Shown piece after piece: positions 13,771-22,390 of a DNA stretch of 37,279 bases. Made by a program: the position numbers and the translations under genes. Each line of letters starts with the position of its first letter. Positions within the stretch are counted from its first letter, which is position 1. Source of the stretch: Clostridia bacterium (GTDB lineage Bacteria; Bacillota; Clostridia; Oscillospirales; Acutalibacteraceae); NCBI GenBank assembly GCA_024689165.1, contig JAILDS010000013.1, positions 1 to 37,279 of the forward strand, written 5' to 3'. Below the pieces are notes generated by a model, which saw nothing but the letters and a program-made list of their open reading frames with translations, was not told the origin of the DNA and did not search any database.

Positions 13771-16700
13771 TTGACACGATCCTTACTTAAAGACACGTTC
13801 CGCTCGATCAGAAAAACCTTCAGCCGCTTCGTTGCGATAGCGGCTATCATCGCTTTGGGCGTTTCTCTTTTCATCGGGATCAAAGCGACCGGGCCGGACC
13901 TTATAAAAACGGCGGAAGGCTACTTTTCCGACGACAGACTTATGGATCTTCGCGTCCAGTCGTCAATCGGGCTTGATGAAAACGATATCGCGTCTCTGCG
14001 CGCGGTCACCGGCGTCGAATCCGTCATGCCCGTAAAATTCGCCGACGCCCTCGTAAAAGTCAACGGCGAGGCTGAAAACGATATCGACGGGACCCGCATC
14101 AGCACCCGCCTTTATTCTCTCGACCCCGAACTGCTGGGCGGCCGTCTTGGAGGCTCTGACAAGGCGTCCTTCCTGAACTTCCCCGAGCTCGTTTCCGGCA
14201 GATATCCGAGCTCCGCGGGCGAGTGCGTCGTCGACGCGAGCGCCCTGTCGACGCCCGAAAGCTACCAGCCCGGCAACGTTATTTCCGTCGAGCTTGAGGA
14301 CTCGGATATCTCCGCCGTCCTCAACACGACCGAATTCGTTATAGTCGGCGTCATAAGAACGCCGTATTACCTGTCCTTTGAGCGCGGTAACACGAACGTC
14401 GGTTCCGGCAAGCTGGGCACCTTCATTTACGTTCCGCTTGAAAACTTCAAAGCGGACTATTACACCGAGGCTTACATAAGGATCGCCGGGTCTGACAGCT
14501 TCGACCCCTATTCCGAGGAATACACGGAGTTTATCAGCCAATACGCGTCTTCCGTCAGGGAGCTTGCAAACGAGCGGGTCGCTTTCCGCGTGAGCGAGCT
14601 GGCGAGGTCGCTGCCGGAGCTCATCCGTTCGGGAGAAGCCGCGATAGAATCCGCCAGGGCCGGCGCGGACAGCCAGCTCTCCGAGCTCGTTGAGACTATC
14701 GACACCCTCAGGAACCTCGTCGCCAACGGCCAGACCATGATCGCGCAGGCGCAGGCGGAGATCGACGCAAAGTTCGGTCAGGCGCAGGATCAGCTCGACA
14801 GCTCCTCCGCCGCATATCAGAACGCGATAGCGACCTATCAGAGCAATTACAACACCTGGCTCGCCAACAAAAGCCTTTATGAAAGCAAGATGGCCGAATG
14901 GAACACCCAAAGCGCCAATCTCGCCGCAAAGCAGCAGGAATACAATCTGAAAAAGGCGCAGTACGACCAGGCGGAAAGCACCCTCAACGCTACAAAGGAC
15001 CTGTTTGAACAAAGCAGGAGTGTCCTTGCCCAGCTGCAGCAGATGCAGCAGAACTCGCTGAGAAATGAAGACCTTTCTTCAGTCCTGGGCGTGATCCAGG
15101 TATTGTATCCCGACCTTTTCTCCTCCATTTCCGGGCTCACCTCGACCGGTATGGTCTCATACGCCATCGCCACGATAACGCCGATGCTCGACGGCTACGC
15201 CGCCCAGATCGCCTCTCAGGAACAGGACCTTGAAAACGCCCGTACTGCCCTGAAGACCGCCGAGGTCGAACTTTCCGCCGCTCAGGTGGCTCTTAACGCG
15301 GCAAAGGATGAGCTCGACGCCAACAAGGCCGCTCTCGACAGCGCAGAGGCGACGCTGAACTCGGTTTATTCGCAGATCACGGGGCAGTCCACTCAGCTGT
15401 CAAGCGGCAGGCTTGAGCTCGCTCTCGAAAAGATCCAGGCGGAAAGTCAGCTCAACACTCTCAAAAGCGAGGTCGCAAACGCGCCTGCAAACCTTGAAAA
15501 AGCCGAAACAGCTTACAACGAAGCTCTCGAATCTCTGAACAACGGCATTTCTCAGATCAGCGAACAGGTCGCCGCCGCCGAAGCGACGTACAACATGCTG
15601 CCCAACGCGAAATGGTACGTTTACGACCGCGACGACACTCCCGGCTACAGGAGCTTAGAGACGACCGCGCAGAACATGGAGGCGCTGGCGGACATCTTCC
15701 CGGTATTCTTCTTCTTGGTCGCGGCTTTCGTCTGCCTTTCCACGATGAACCGCATGGTCAAGGACGACCGCGGCGCCATAGGCACATACCGCGCTCTGGG
15801 CTACGGAACGCTTGCGATAGCTTCGAAGTACATCATTTATTCTGCTGTAGCCGGATTCATAGGCTCAGCCGTCGGCATGGCCGGGGGGATGTTCCTGTTC
15901 CCATGGGCGATCTCGACTGCGTACAGCGTCATGTATACCATCCCGCCGCTTCGGTATTCGCTTCCTATGGTCCCGTCCGTTCTGTCCGTCGTCGTTTCCT
16001 TTATCTGCACGGTCGGAGCCGCCGCGTATTCCGCCAGCACGGAGCTTCGCAGCTCCCCTGCCGCGCTCATGCGCCCGAAGGCCCCGAAGCCCGGCAAGCG
16101 TGTCCTGCTTGAAAGGGCCGGAGCATTGTGGAGCAGGATGTCATTTTCCTCAAAGGTCACCGTCAGGAACCTGATGCGCAATAAAAAGCGCCTGATAATG
16201 ACCGTCGTCGGAATAGCCGGCTGCATGTCCCTCATGCTCGCTTCCATCGGCACGTTTTATTCGATCTCCTCACTGATGGACGATCAGTTCGGGGAGGACG
16301 GCATCTCCATGTACGACGTCACCTTTGTTTTCACGTCGCCCGTAAAACTCGACGATCCGTCACCCGACTTTATCGCCATGACGGAAGACTCGCGCATCTC
16401 GTCGCTGATGCTTACGTCGATGAAATCCGTCACCGGCAGGTCTGACCACTCGAAAAAAACGGAAGACGTCTATCTGTTCGTACCCGAGAACGCCTCTGCG
16501 CTCAACGTGTTCATCAATCTGAGGGACGCAGATACCGGGGCACGGGTCGAGCTGAATGATTCGGGAGCGGTCATAACGGAAAAATACGCGTCCGACATGG
16601 GCGTTTCGGTGGGCGAAAGCGTCACGGTCGAGCTTCCCGACGGCAACACGTACTCTATACCCGTCGCCGCCGTCGTCGAGAATTACACCTTCCACTACAT

Positions 16701-17313
16701 CTACATGTCTCAGGCGCTGTATGAACGGATCGTCGGGGCAAAAGCGGAGTTCTCATACGCCGTCGCTAAGCTGGACCCCGTCCTGTCGGGGACGGACGGC
16801 GTTGCGTCGCTCAGATCCGACATAGCGTCGGAATACCTCAAGGGCGAGACTGTCGGCGGCGTTTCATACACGGCGGACACCGTACGTTCTTTCAATGAGA
16901 TCATCCGGATAGTCAACATCGTCGTCATTATCTTCATTCTGGCGGCCGCCGCCCTGTCGATAATAATCCTCTACAACCTTTCGAACATCAGCCTCTTAGA
17001 GCGCTACAGGGAGCTCGCCTCCCTGAAGGTCCTCGGTTTTTCCGACCGTGAAGTCAACAGATACATTTTCCGTGAAAACAATATAATGACGTTCATCGGG
17101 ATCGCGGCGGGGGCTTACATCGGGACCGTCCTTCACCGTATGATAATGGTCTACGCCGAGGTCGACGCCGTAATGTTCAGCCGCGAGATCCCATGGTGGA
17201 GCTATCCTGCTTCGATACTGCTGACGATAATCTTCAGCCTTATCTCCGAACTGATCATGAGCAGGAAGATGAAAGAGATCAACATGGCGGAAAGTCTCAA
17301 ATCGGTCGAATAG
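13771..17313 (+). CDS. Fused double FtsX/MacB-type permease (8 TM) with a long coiled-coil ectodomain
   Basis: The only available start is TTG, 6 nt after the ATPase stop. Hydrophobic helices lie at aa ~20-40, 640-765 (x3), 810-835 and 1045-1170 (x3). The N-terminal block resembles a MacB_PCD domain. Residues 262-608 are heptad-like and Q/A/L/E/N-rich. Confidence 0.9.
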   Translation: MTRSLLKDTFRSIRKTFSRFVAIAAIIALGVSLFIGIKATGPDLIKTAEGYFSDDRLMDLRVQSSIGLDENDIASLRAVTGVESVMPVKFADALVKVNGEAENDIDGTRISTRLYSLDPELLGGRLGGSDKASFLNFPELVSGRYPSSAGECVVDASALSTPESYQPGNVISVELEDSDISAVLNTTEFVIVGVIRTPYYLSFERGNTNVGSGKLGTFIYVPLENFKADYYTEAYIRIAGSDSFDPYSEEYTEFISQYASSVRELANERVAFRVSELARSLPELIRSGEAAIESARAGADSQLSELVETIDTLRNLVANGQTMIAQAQAEIDAKFGQAQDQLDSSSAAYQNAIATYQSNYNTWLANKSLYESKMAEWNTQSANLAAKQQEYNLKKAQYDQAESTLNATKDLFEQSRSVLAQLQQMQQNSLRNEDLSSVLGVIQVLYPDLFSSISGLTSTGMVSYAIATITPMLDGYAAQIASQEQDLENARTALKTAEVELSAAQVALNAAKDELDANKAALDSAEATLNSVYSQITGQSTQLSSGRLELALEKIQAESQLNTLKSEVANAPANLEKAETAYNEALESLNNGISQISEQVAAAEATYNMLPNAKWYVYDRDDTPGYRSLETTAQNMEALADIFPVFFFLVAAFVCLSTMNRMVKDDRGAIGTYRALGYGTLAIASKYIIYSAVAGFIGSAVGMAGGMFLFPWAISTAYSVMYTIPPLRYSLPMVPSVLSVVVSFICTVGAAAYSASTELRSSPAALMRPKAPKPGKRVLLERAGALWSRMSFSSKVTVRNLMRNKKRLIMTVVGIAGCMSLMLASIGTFYSISSLMDDQFGEDGISMYDVTFVFTSPVKLDDPSPDFIAMTEDSRISSLMLTSMKSVTGRSDHSKKTEDVYLFVPENASALNVFINLRDADTGARVELNDSGAVITEKYASDMGVSVGESVTVELPDGNTYSIPVAAVVENYTFHYIYMSQALYERIVGAKAEFSYAVAKLDPVLSGTDGVASLRSDIASEYLKGETVGGVSYTADTVRSFNEIIRIVNIVVIIFILAAAALSIIILYNLSNISLLERYRELASLKVLGFSDREVNRYIFRENNIMTFIGIAAGAYIGTVLHRMIMVYAEVDAVMFSREIPWWSYPASILLTIIFSLISELIMSRKMKEINMAESLKSVE

Positions 17314-17394
17314 CCGCGGCCCGGCAAGATCAGTGACCGTCCTGTCGTCGTTCTTTGCTCCGGCGATCCCAAAAAAACGAACAGAGGTACTGCA

Positions 17395-19176
17395 TTGAAA
17401 AAACCGAAAAAAGAGTCTGTGATACGAGTTCTGTCCCGCTCTATAGGCAACAACAAACTCAATTCCCTTCTTGCCCCGGCTTTCGTGTCTCTCGAAGTCG
17501 TGCTCGAGATATTTATTCCGACGCTCATGGCCTCACTTATCGACAAGGGCATAGAGCCCGGGAACATGGGCTACATCCTCAGGCAGGGAGGGCTGATGGC
17601 CCTGGCCTGCGTCTGCTCCCTTTTCTGCGGAATGGCAAGCGGCTACTGCGCGGCAAAAGCGTCGGCGGGCTTCGCGAGGAACCTTCGGCGCAACATTTTT
17701 TATAACGTCCAGACCTTTTCATTCGGCAATATAGATAAGTTTTCAACGTCGTCCATAATCACGCGGCTCACTACCGACGTCACCAACGTGCAGAACGCGT
17801 ACATGATGATCATACGCACGGCGGTCAGGTCGCCGTTCATGCTGATCTTCGCGATGTCGATGTCCTTCTCCGTCAGCGTTAAGCTGACGCTTATTTTCGT
17901 CGCCGCGGTCCCCATACTCGGCGTCGCTCTTTTCTCGATAATCCGCGTCGTACACCCGATCTTCAGGCGCGTGTTCAAAACCTACGACCGCCTCAACGAG
18001 GTCGTTGAGGAAAATCTTCGCGGCATAAGGGTCGTCAAGGCATACGTAAGGGAGGATCACGAAAACGAAAAATTCCGTTCCGTTTCCGGCAGGATCTACG
18101 ACGATTTCGTGAAGGCCGAAAAGACCCTCGCGTTCAATATGCCCTTCATGCAGACGGCTGTTTACAGCTGCCTGCTTCTGATCACGTGGTTCGCCTCAAG
18201 GATAATCGTCAACTCCGGCGCGACGGAGCTGACGACGGGGCAGCTGACTTCGCTTATTTCCTACGTGACGAGGATACTCATCAGCCTCATGATGCTCTCG
18301 ATGATCTTCGTTCAGCTCACGCTTTCACGCGCCTCTGCGGACAGGATATGTGAGATCCTGTCGGAAAAGAGCAGCCTTACCGACCCGCCCGCGCCGCTCT
18401 ACAAGGTCGGAAACGGGGAAATTGTATTTGAGAACGTGACGTTTTCCTACTCCGAAGAATACGACAAGCCTTGTCTTGACAACGTGGACCTGAAGATCCC
18501 CTCGGGGGCGACGGTAGGTATAATAGGCGGAACCGGCTCTTCGAAATCGACGATGGTCCAGCTCATCCCGCGCCTTTACGACTGCACAAAGGGTTCGGTC
18601 AGGGTCGCCGGACACAACGTGAGGGAATACGATATCGAGGTCCTGCGCGACAGCGTGGCCATCGTTCTGCAGAAAAACGTCCTCTTCTCGGGAACCATCG
18701 AAGAAAACCTTCGCTGGGGCAAGCCCGACGCAACCGATGAGGAGATGGAAACGGTCTGCCGCGCCGCTCAGGCACACGACTTCATAATGAGCTTCCCGGA
18801 CGGTTACAGGTCGCGCGTCGAGCAGGGAGGGTCCAATTTCTCCGGCGGGCAGCGCCAGAGACTGTGCATCGCAAGGGCGCTTCTTAAAAATCCGAAGATC
18901 ATAATCTTCGACGACTCGACCAGCGCGGTGGACATGCACACCGACGCCATGATAAGGCGCGCGCTGTCTCAGACGATGCCGGAGGTCACTAAGCTCATAA
19001 TTGCCCAGCGTATTGATTCCGTCAAGGATTCCGACATGATAATCGTCCTCGACGACGGTAAGATCGACGGGATCGGGACTCACGATGAGCTGCTTGAAAA
19101 CAATCAGATCTATCGCGAGGTTTATCTGTCTCAGACCCGGGGCAATAACGGGGAGGAGGCGACGGACAATGGCTGA
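17395..19176 (+). CDS. ABC exporter TMD-NBD half-transporter, degenerate-site subunit
   Basis: Six-helix TMD plus NBD. Walker A GGTGSSKST, signature FSGGQRQR, Walker B IIIFDDSTSAVD (catalytic Glu replaced by Asp), and H-loop IAQRIDSV (His replaced by Gln). TTG start with AGAGG SD. Confidence 0.9.
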   Translation: MKKPKKESVIRVLSRSIGNNKLNSLLAPAFVSLEVVLEIFIPTLMASLIDKGIEPGNMGYILRQGGLMALACVCSLFCGMASGYCAAKASAGFARNLRRNIFYNVQTFSFGNIDKFSTSSIITRLTTDVTNVQNAYMMIIRTAVRSPFMLIFAMSMSFSVSVKLTLIFVAAVPILGVALFSIIRVVHPIFRRVFKTYDRLNEVVEENLRGIRVVKAYVREDHENEKFRSVSGRIYDDFVKAEKTLAFNMPFMQTAVYSCLLLITWFASRIIVNSGATELTTGQLTSLISYVTRILISLMMLSMIFVQLTLSRASADRICEILSEKSSLTDPPAPLYKVGNGEIVFENVTFSYSEEYDKPCLDNVDLKIPSGATVGIIGGTGSSKSTMVQLIPRLYDCTKGSVRVAGHNVREYDIEVLRDSVAIVLQKNVLFSGTIEENLRWGKPDATDEEMETVCRAAQAHDFIMSFPDGYRSRVEQGGSNFSGGQRQRLCIARALLKNPKIIIFDDSTSAVDMHTDAMIRRALSQTMPEVTKLIIAQRIDSVKDSDMIIVLDDGKIDGIGTHDELLENNQIYREVYLSQTRGNNGEEATDNG

Positions 19177-21133
19177 CAGAGTTCCCGCAGGGCGTCCTCC
19201 GCGCGGAGGATTTGCCGGAAAGACCGACCTTAAAAGCCTTGACAAGGCTGTTCTGAAGCGTCTTCTGAGCTACTTCATACCCTACAAATGGACGATGCTC
19301 GCGGTCTTCGCGTGCATCATACTCTCCGCCGTCGCCCAGACAAGGGGAGCGCAGTTCATACAGACCGTCATAGACGACCATATAACGCCGATGCTCACCT
19401 CAGGCTCGCGCGATTTCGGTCCGCTTGCCCTCGCGATAGTTCAGATGGCGGTGCTTTACGCCGTCGGCGTGGTATCTGCGCTGCTCTACAACAGGCTGAT
19501 GGTCAACGTCGGGCAGGGCATCCAGAAAAGCATCAGGGACGGCATGTTTTCAAAAATGCAGACCTTCCCGATCAGCTTTTTTGACACACACCCCTTCGGC
19601 GACGTGATGAGTCACTATACGAACGACATCGACACGCTGCGCCAGATGATAAGCCAGTCCATCCCTCAGGCGATATCGTCGCTGGTCACGATAGTGACGG
19701 TGTTCGTGTTCATGGTCGCGACCGACGTCGTCATGACCGCCTTCGTGCTGCTCACGATAGCGTTCATGGCCGTTTTCATTAAGCTGATCGGCGGCAGGAG
19801 CGGCAAATATTTCGTCAAGCAGCAATCCTCGCTCGGAAAGCTCAACGGCTTTATCGAGGAGCGCGTGACCGGTCAGAAGGTAATCAAGGTCTTCAATCAC
19901 GAGCAGGCGAACAAGGAGGAATTCGACGTTCTCAACGACGAGCTTTACGAGAATTCCTCAAAGGCGAACATCTTCGCGAACATACTCTTTCCGGTCATGG
20001 GGAACCTTACGAACCTGCAGTACGTTCTCGTCGCTATCTTCGGCGGCGCGCTCGCCATCAAGGGGGTCAACGGGCTCACCCTCGGCACCGTCATCGCCTT
20101 CCTGCAGCTGAGCCACAATTTCACGATGCCCATCACGCAGGTCAGCCAGCAGCTCAACGCCGTCGTCATGGCCCTGGCAGGCGCAAAAAGGATATTCGAC
20201 CTTCTGGATGAAAAGAGCGAGGAGAACGAAGGTTACGTCACTCTCGCAAATATCGAGACCATCGACACGACTCACGCGAACGTCGTCGACAACGATATCG
20301 TCGAGATCGACGAGAAATACGTCAGGGAATCCGAAAAGCGCACCGGGATCTGGGCATGGAAGCATCCCCACGGCGACGGCAGGCTGACTTATACGCCGCT
20401 TCGGGGCGACGTCAGGTTCTACAACGTTGATTTCGGCTACACGCCCGACAAGCAGGTTTTGCACGACATTTCGCTCTACGCGAAGCCCGGCCAGAAGGTC
20501 GCCTTCGTCGGTTCCACCGGCGCGGGGAAAACCACGATAACCAACCTTATCAACAGGTTTTACGACATAGCGGACGGAAAGATACGCTATGACAATATCA
20601 ACATCAACAAGATCAACAAATCCGATCTGCGCCGCTCGCTGGGCATAGTCCTGCAGGAGGTCAATCTGTTCACCGGTACGGTCATGGACAACATCCGCTA
20701 CGGCAGACTCGACGCCACCGACGAAGAGTGCGTGGCGGCGGCAAAGCTCGCAGGCGCCGACGGGTTCATCCGTATGCTCCCGAAGGGTTATCAGACAGAG
20801 ATCGCAGGCTCAGGCTCAGACCTTTCACAGGGGCAGAGGCAGCTGCTTTCCATCGCCCGCGCTGCCGTAGCGGACCCGCCCGTTATGATACTTGACGAGG
20901 CGACCTCCAGCATCGACACGAGGACGGAGGCCATCGTCCAGAAGGGCATGGACGCGCTCATGGAAGGCAGGACGGTCTTCGTGATAGCCCACAGGCTATC
21001 GACCGTCAGGAACGCGGACGTGATAATGGTCCTTGAGCACGGCGTCATAGTCGAGCGCGGGACGCATGAGGAGCTCCTCGCTCTGAAGGGGCGTTATTAT
21101 AATCTTTACACGGGCAAATTCGAGCTTGATTAA
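19169..21133 (+). CDS. ABC exporter TMD-NBD half-transporter, consensus-site subunit
   Basis: The start is moved to ATG 19169 (GGAGGAGG SD; 8-nt overlap ATGGCTGA with the upstream stop). Walker A GSTGAGKTT, Walker B VMILDEATSSID, H-loop IAHRLSTV, and a degenerate signature LSQGQRQL. Confidence 0.9.
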   Translation: MADRVPAGRPPRGGFAGKTDLKSLDKAVLKRLLSYFIPYKWTMLAVFACIILSAVAQTRGAQFIQTVIDDHITPMLTSGSRDFGPLALAIVQMAVLYAVGVVSALLYNRLMVNVGQGIQKSIRDGMFSKMQTFPISFFDTHPFGDVMSHYTNDIDTLRQMISQSIPQAISSLVTIVTVFVFMVATDVVMTAFVLLTIAFMAVFIKLIGGRSGKYFVKQQSSLGKLNGFIEERVTGQKVIKVFNHEQANKEEFDVLNDELYENSSKANIFANILFPVMGNLTNLQYVLVAIFGGALAIKGVNGLTLGTVIAFLQLSHNFTMPITQVSQQLNAVVMALAGAKRIFDLLDEKSEENEGYVTLANIETIDTTHANVVDNDIVEIDEKYVRESEKRTGIWAWKHPHGDGRLTYTPLRGDVRFYNVDFGYTPDKQVLHDISLYAKPGQKVAFVGSTGAGKTTITNLINRFYDIADGKIRYDNININKINKSDLRRSLGIVLQEVNLFTGTVMDNIRYGRLDATDEECVAAAKLAGADGFIRMLPKGYQTEIAGSGSDLSQGQRQLLSIARAAVADPPVMILDEATSSIDTRTEAIVQKGMDALMEGRTVFVIAHRLSTVRNADVIMVLEHGVIVERGTHEELLALKGRYYNLYTGKFELD

Positions 21134-21145
21134 GGACAAGACGGT

Positions 21146-21886
21146 ATGTTTTACTTCCTTCTGGCTCCCACAATAACGTATAACATAATACTCATCATCG
21201 CTGCGGTGATCCCTGCGGTCTTTCTGATGATAAAGGTATACCGTTCCGACCGGCTCGGGAAGGAAAGCCCCGGGCTGCTTTTCAGTCTGGTCCGCGGCGG
21301 CGTGCTCGCAGCTCTCGCTGCCATGCTCGCCGAACGCCTGTTCAGCTGGCTGCTGGATCTTTTCCTTGACGAATACTCCGTCGCATACAATGTGCTTCTG
21401 TATTTCGGCGTAGTTGCCGTGAGCGAAGAGCTTGCAAAATATCTTTTCATGCGGCGGTACTCATGGCGTTCGCGGGAATTTACAAGCGCTTACGACGGCG
21501 TCGTCTACGCCGTGTTCACTTCCCTCGGCTTCGCCCTGTGGGAGAATATCAGCTACGTGCTCCATTTCGGCTTCAGAACAGCTCTTGTCAGGGCGGTCAC
21601 CGCGATACCCGGTCACGCCTGCTTCGGTATTTTTATGGGGGTGTTTTACGGACTCGCCCGGAAATACGAGTACGCGGGGAAGCATACGCTTTCGACCGCT
21701 TGCAGCGTCGTCGGCCTCATCTGCGCGGTCCTGCTCCACGGCACTTACGACTACATCGCCTCAATGGAAAGCACGGGCAGCGGCTGGATCTTCGCCGGGT
21801 TCGTCGCGGTCCTGTTCGCGATATCGTATATAACAGTTTCCCGCGCTTCAAAAAACGACGAATACATCGACGTCGTCGTCCGCTGA
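21146..21886 (+). CDS. PrsW-family intramembrane metalloprotease
   Basis: Polytopic membrane protein with the EELAKY motif (VAVSEELAKYLF), FALWENISY, the His motif AIPGHACFGIFMG and LHGTYDY, as in PF13367. It starts 12 nt after the preceding gene. Confidence 0.85.
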   Translation: MFYFLLAPTITYNIILIIAAVIPAVFLMIKVYRSDRLGKESPGLLFSLVRGGVLAALAAMLAERLFSWLLDLFLDEYSVAYNVLLYFGVVAVSEELAKYLFMRRYSWRSREFTSAYDGVVYAVFTSLGFALWENISYVLHFGFRTALVRAVTAIPGHACFGIFMGVFYGLARKYEYAGKHTLSTACSVVGLICAVLLHGTYDYIASMESTGSGWIFAGFVAVLFAISYITVSRASKNDEYIDVVVR

Positions 21887-22221
21887 CGCCGACTCCCGCC
21901 GGGGAACAAATTCTGCTGTGATATTCCCCCGAATAAGCGGTTTTTATAACGATCAGCACAAAGAAAAGGGCGCACGTCGATCCCGAGAACGCCGCAGGGA
22001 ATGGTGATGAGAACTGTCGGCTTGTCCTGAGCGAGCTTGTGCGTCGCCGTGATCGTAAAGCCGATATTTTGGTAGTAGTAAGTCGGGCACCAGTCCTCCG
22101 TTTCGGCGTATTCCATGTTGTTCTTCGTCGGGTCAACGATCCGGATATACCCTTCGTACATTTCCTTATAGGTGCTCGTATTGGGTTCCATGGCCAAAAG
22201 TATGTTTTTCAATCTCTTCAA
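21751..22221 (-). CDS. Hypothetical protein (orphan). Its 3' end runs 136 nt antisense into prsW.
   Basis: SD AGGAG lies 9 nt before TTG 22221 (alternative ATG at 22191). The first ~95 aa look protein-like (MKRLKNILLAMEPNTSTYKEMYEGYIRIVDPTKNNMEYAETEDWCPTYYYQNIGFTITATHKLAQDKPTVLITIPCGVLGIDVRPF). The tail (GGSRRQRTTTSMYSS...) looks like read-through. I recognise no family. Confidence 0.4.
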   Translation of the reverse strand: MKRLKNILLAMEPNTSTYKEMYEGYIRIVDPTKNNMEYAETEDWCPTYYYQNIGFTITATHKLAQDKPTVLITIPCGVLGIDVRPFLCADRYKNRLFGGISQQNLFPGGSRRQRTTTSMYSSFFEARETVIYDIANRTATNPAKIQPLPVLSIEAM

Positions 22222-22249
22222 AGGCAACAACTCCTTTTTTTCGGACGTG

Positions 22250-22279
22250 AAAAAAGCACATCCGGGCTCGGATGTGCTC
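22250..22279 (-). terminator. Intrinsic terminator/attenuator between the leader ORF and the orphan gene
   Basis: Minus strand: GCACATCCG (22277-22269), loop AGCC, CGGATGTGC (22264-22256), then T6. Confidence 0.7.
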
Positions 22280-22300
22280 AAAAGGAATACTGCCTTACGT

Positions 22301-22354
22301 TCAGCCAAGCGCAGGCGATCCGTATGACATCCGAATGATCATAGTGTTCATCAT
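22301..22354 (-). CDS. 17-codon leader ORF MMNTMIIRMSYGSPALG (candidate leader peptide)
   Basis: AAAGGAGG SD lies 8 nt before ATGATG. The ORF is enclosed by a 7+6-bp helix (22375-22358 pairing with 22320-22302) and is followed after 21 nt by the terminator. Confidence 0.4.
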   Translation of the reverse strand: MMNTMIIRMSYGSPALG

Positions 22355-22390
22355 AACGATCGCCTCCTTTGGCTGAGTGATATCTTCGGT

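Noticed and set aside
12982-15012. 262-aa (12982-13770) and 349-aa (13963-15012) minus-strand ORFs
   Set aside because: They are antisense shadows of the ABC ATPase and the FtsX permease. The first even spans the AT-rich promoter region.
14554-15594. Possible DNA-level tandem repeat underlying the coiled-coil region
   Set aside because: The periodicity is at the amino-acid heptad and composition level (Q/A/L/E/N). I could not see any nucleotide-level repeat unit.
19085-19168. Upstream start of the second exporter subunit
   Set aside because: The extension lies inside the 3' end of the preceding gene. ATG 19169 has a GGAGGAGG SD and the typical ATGnnTGA overlap.
18325-19245. 306-aa minus-strand ORF
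   Set aside because: It is antisense to the NBD of the ABC exporter, whose Walker and signature motifs are intact on the plus strand.
22039-22338. 99-aa plus-strand ORF
   Set aside because: It is antisense to the orphan gene, the terminator and the leader ORF. It has no SD or promoter, whereas the minus strand has a coherent promoter-SD-terminator-SD layout.
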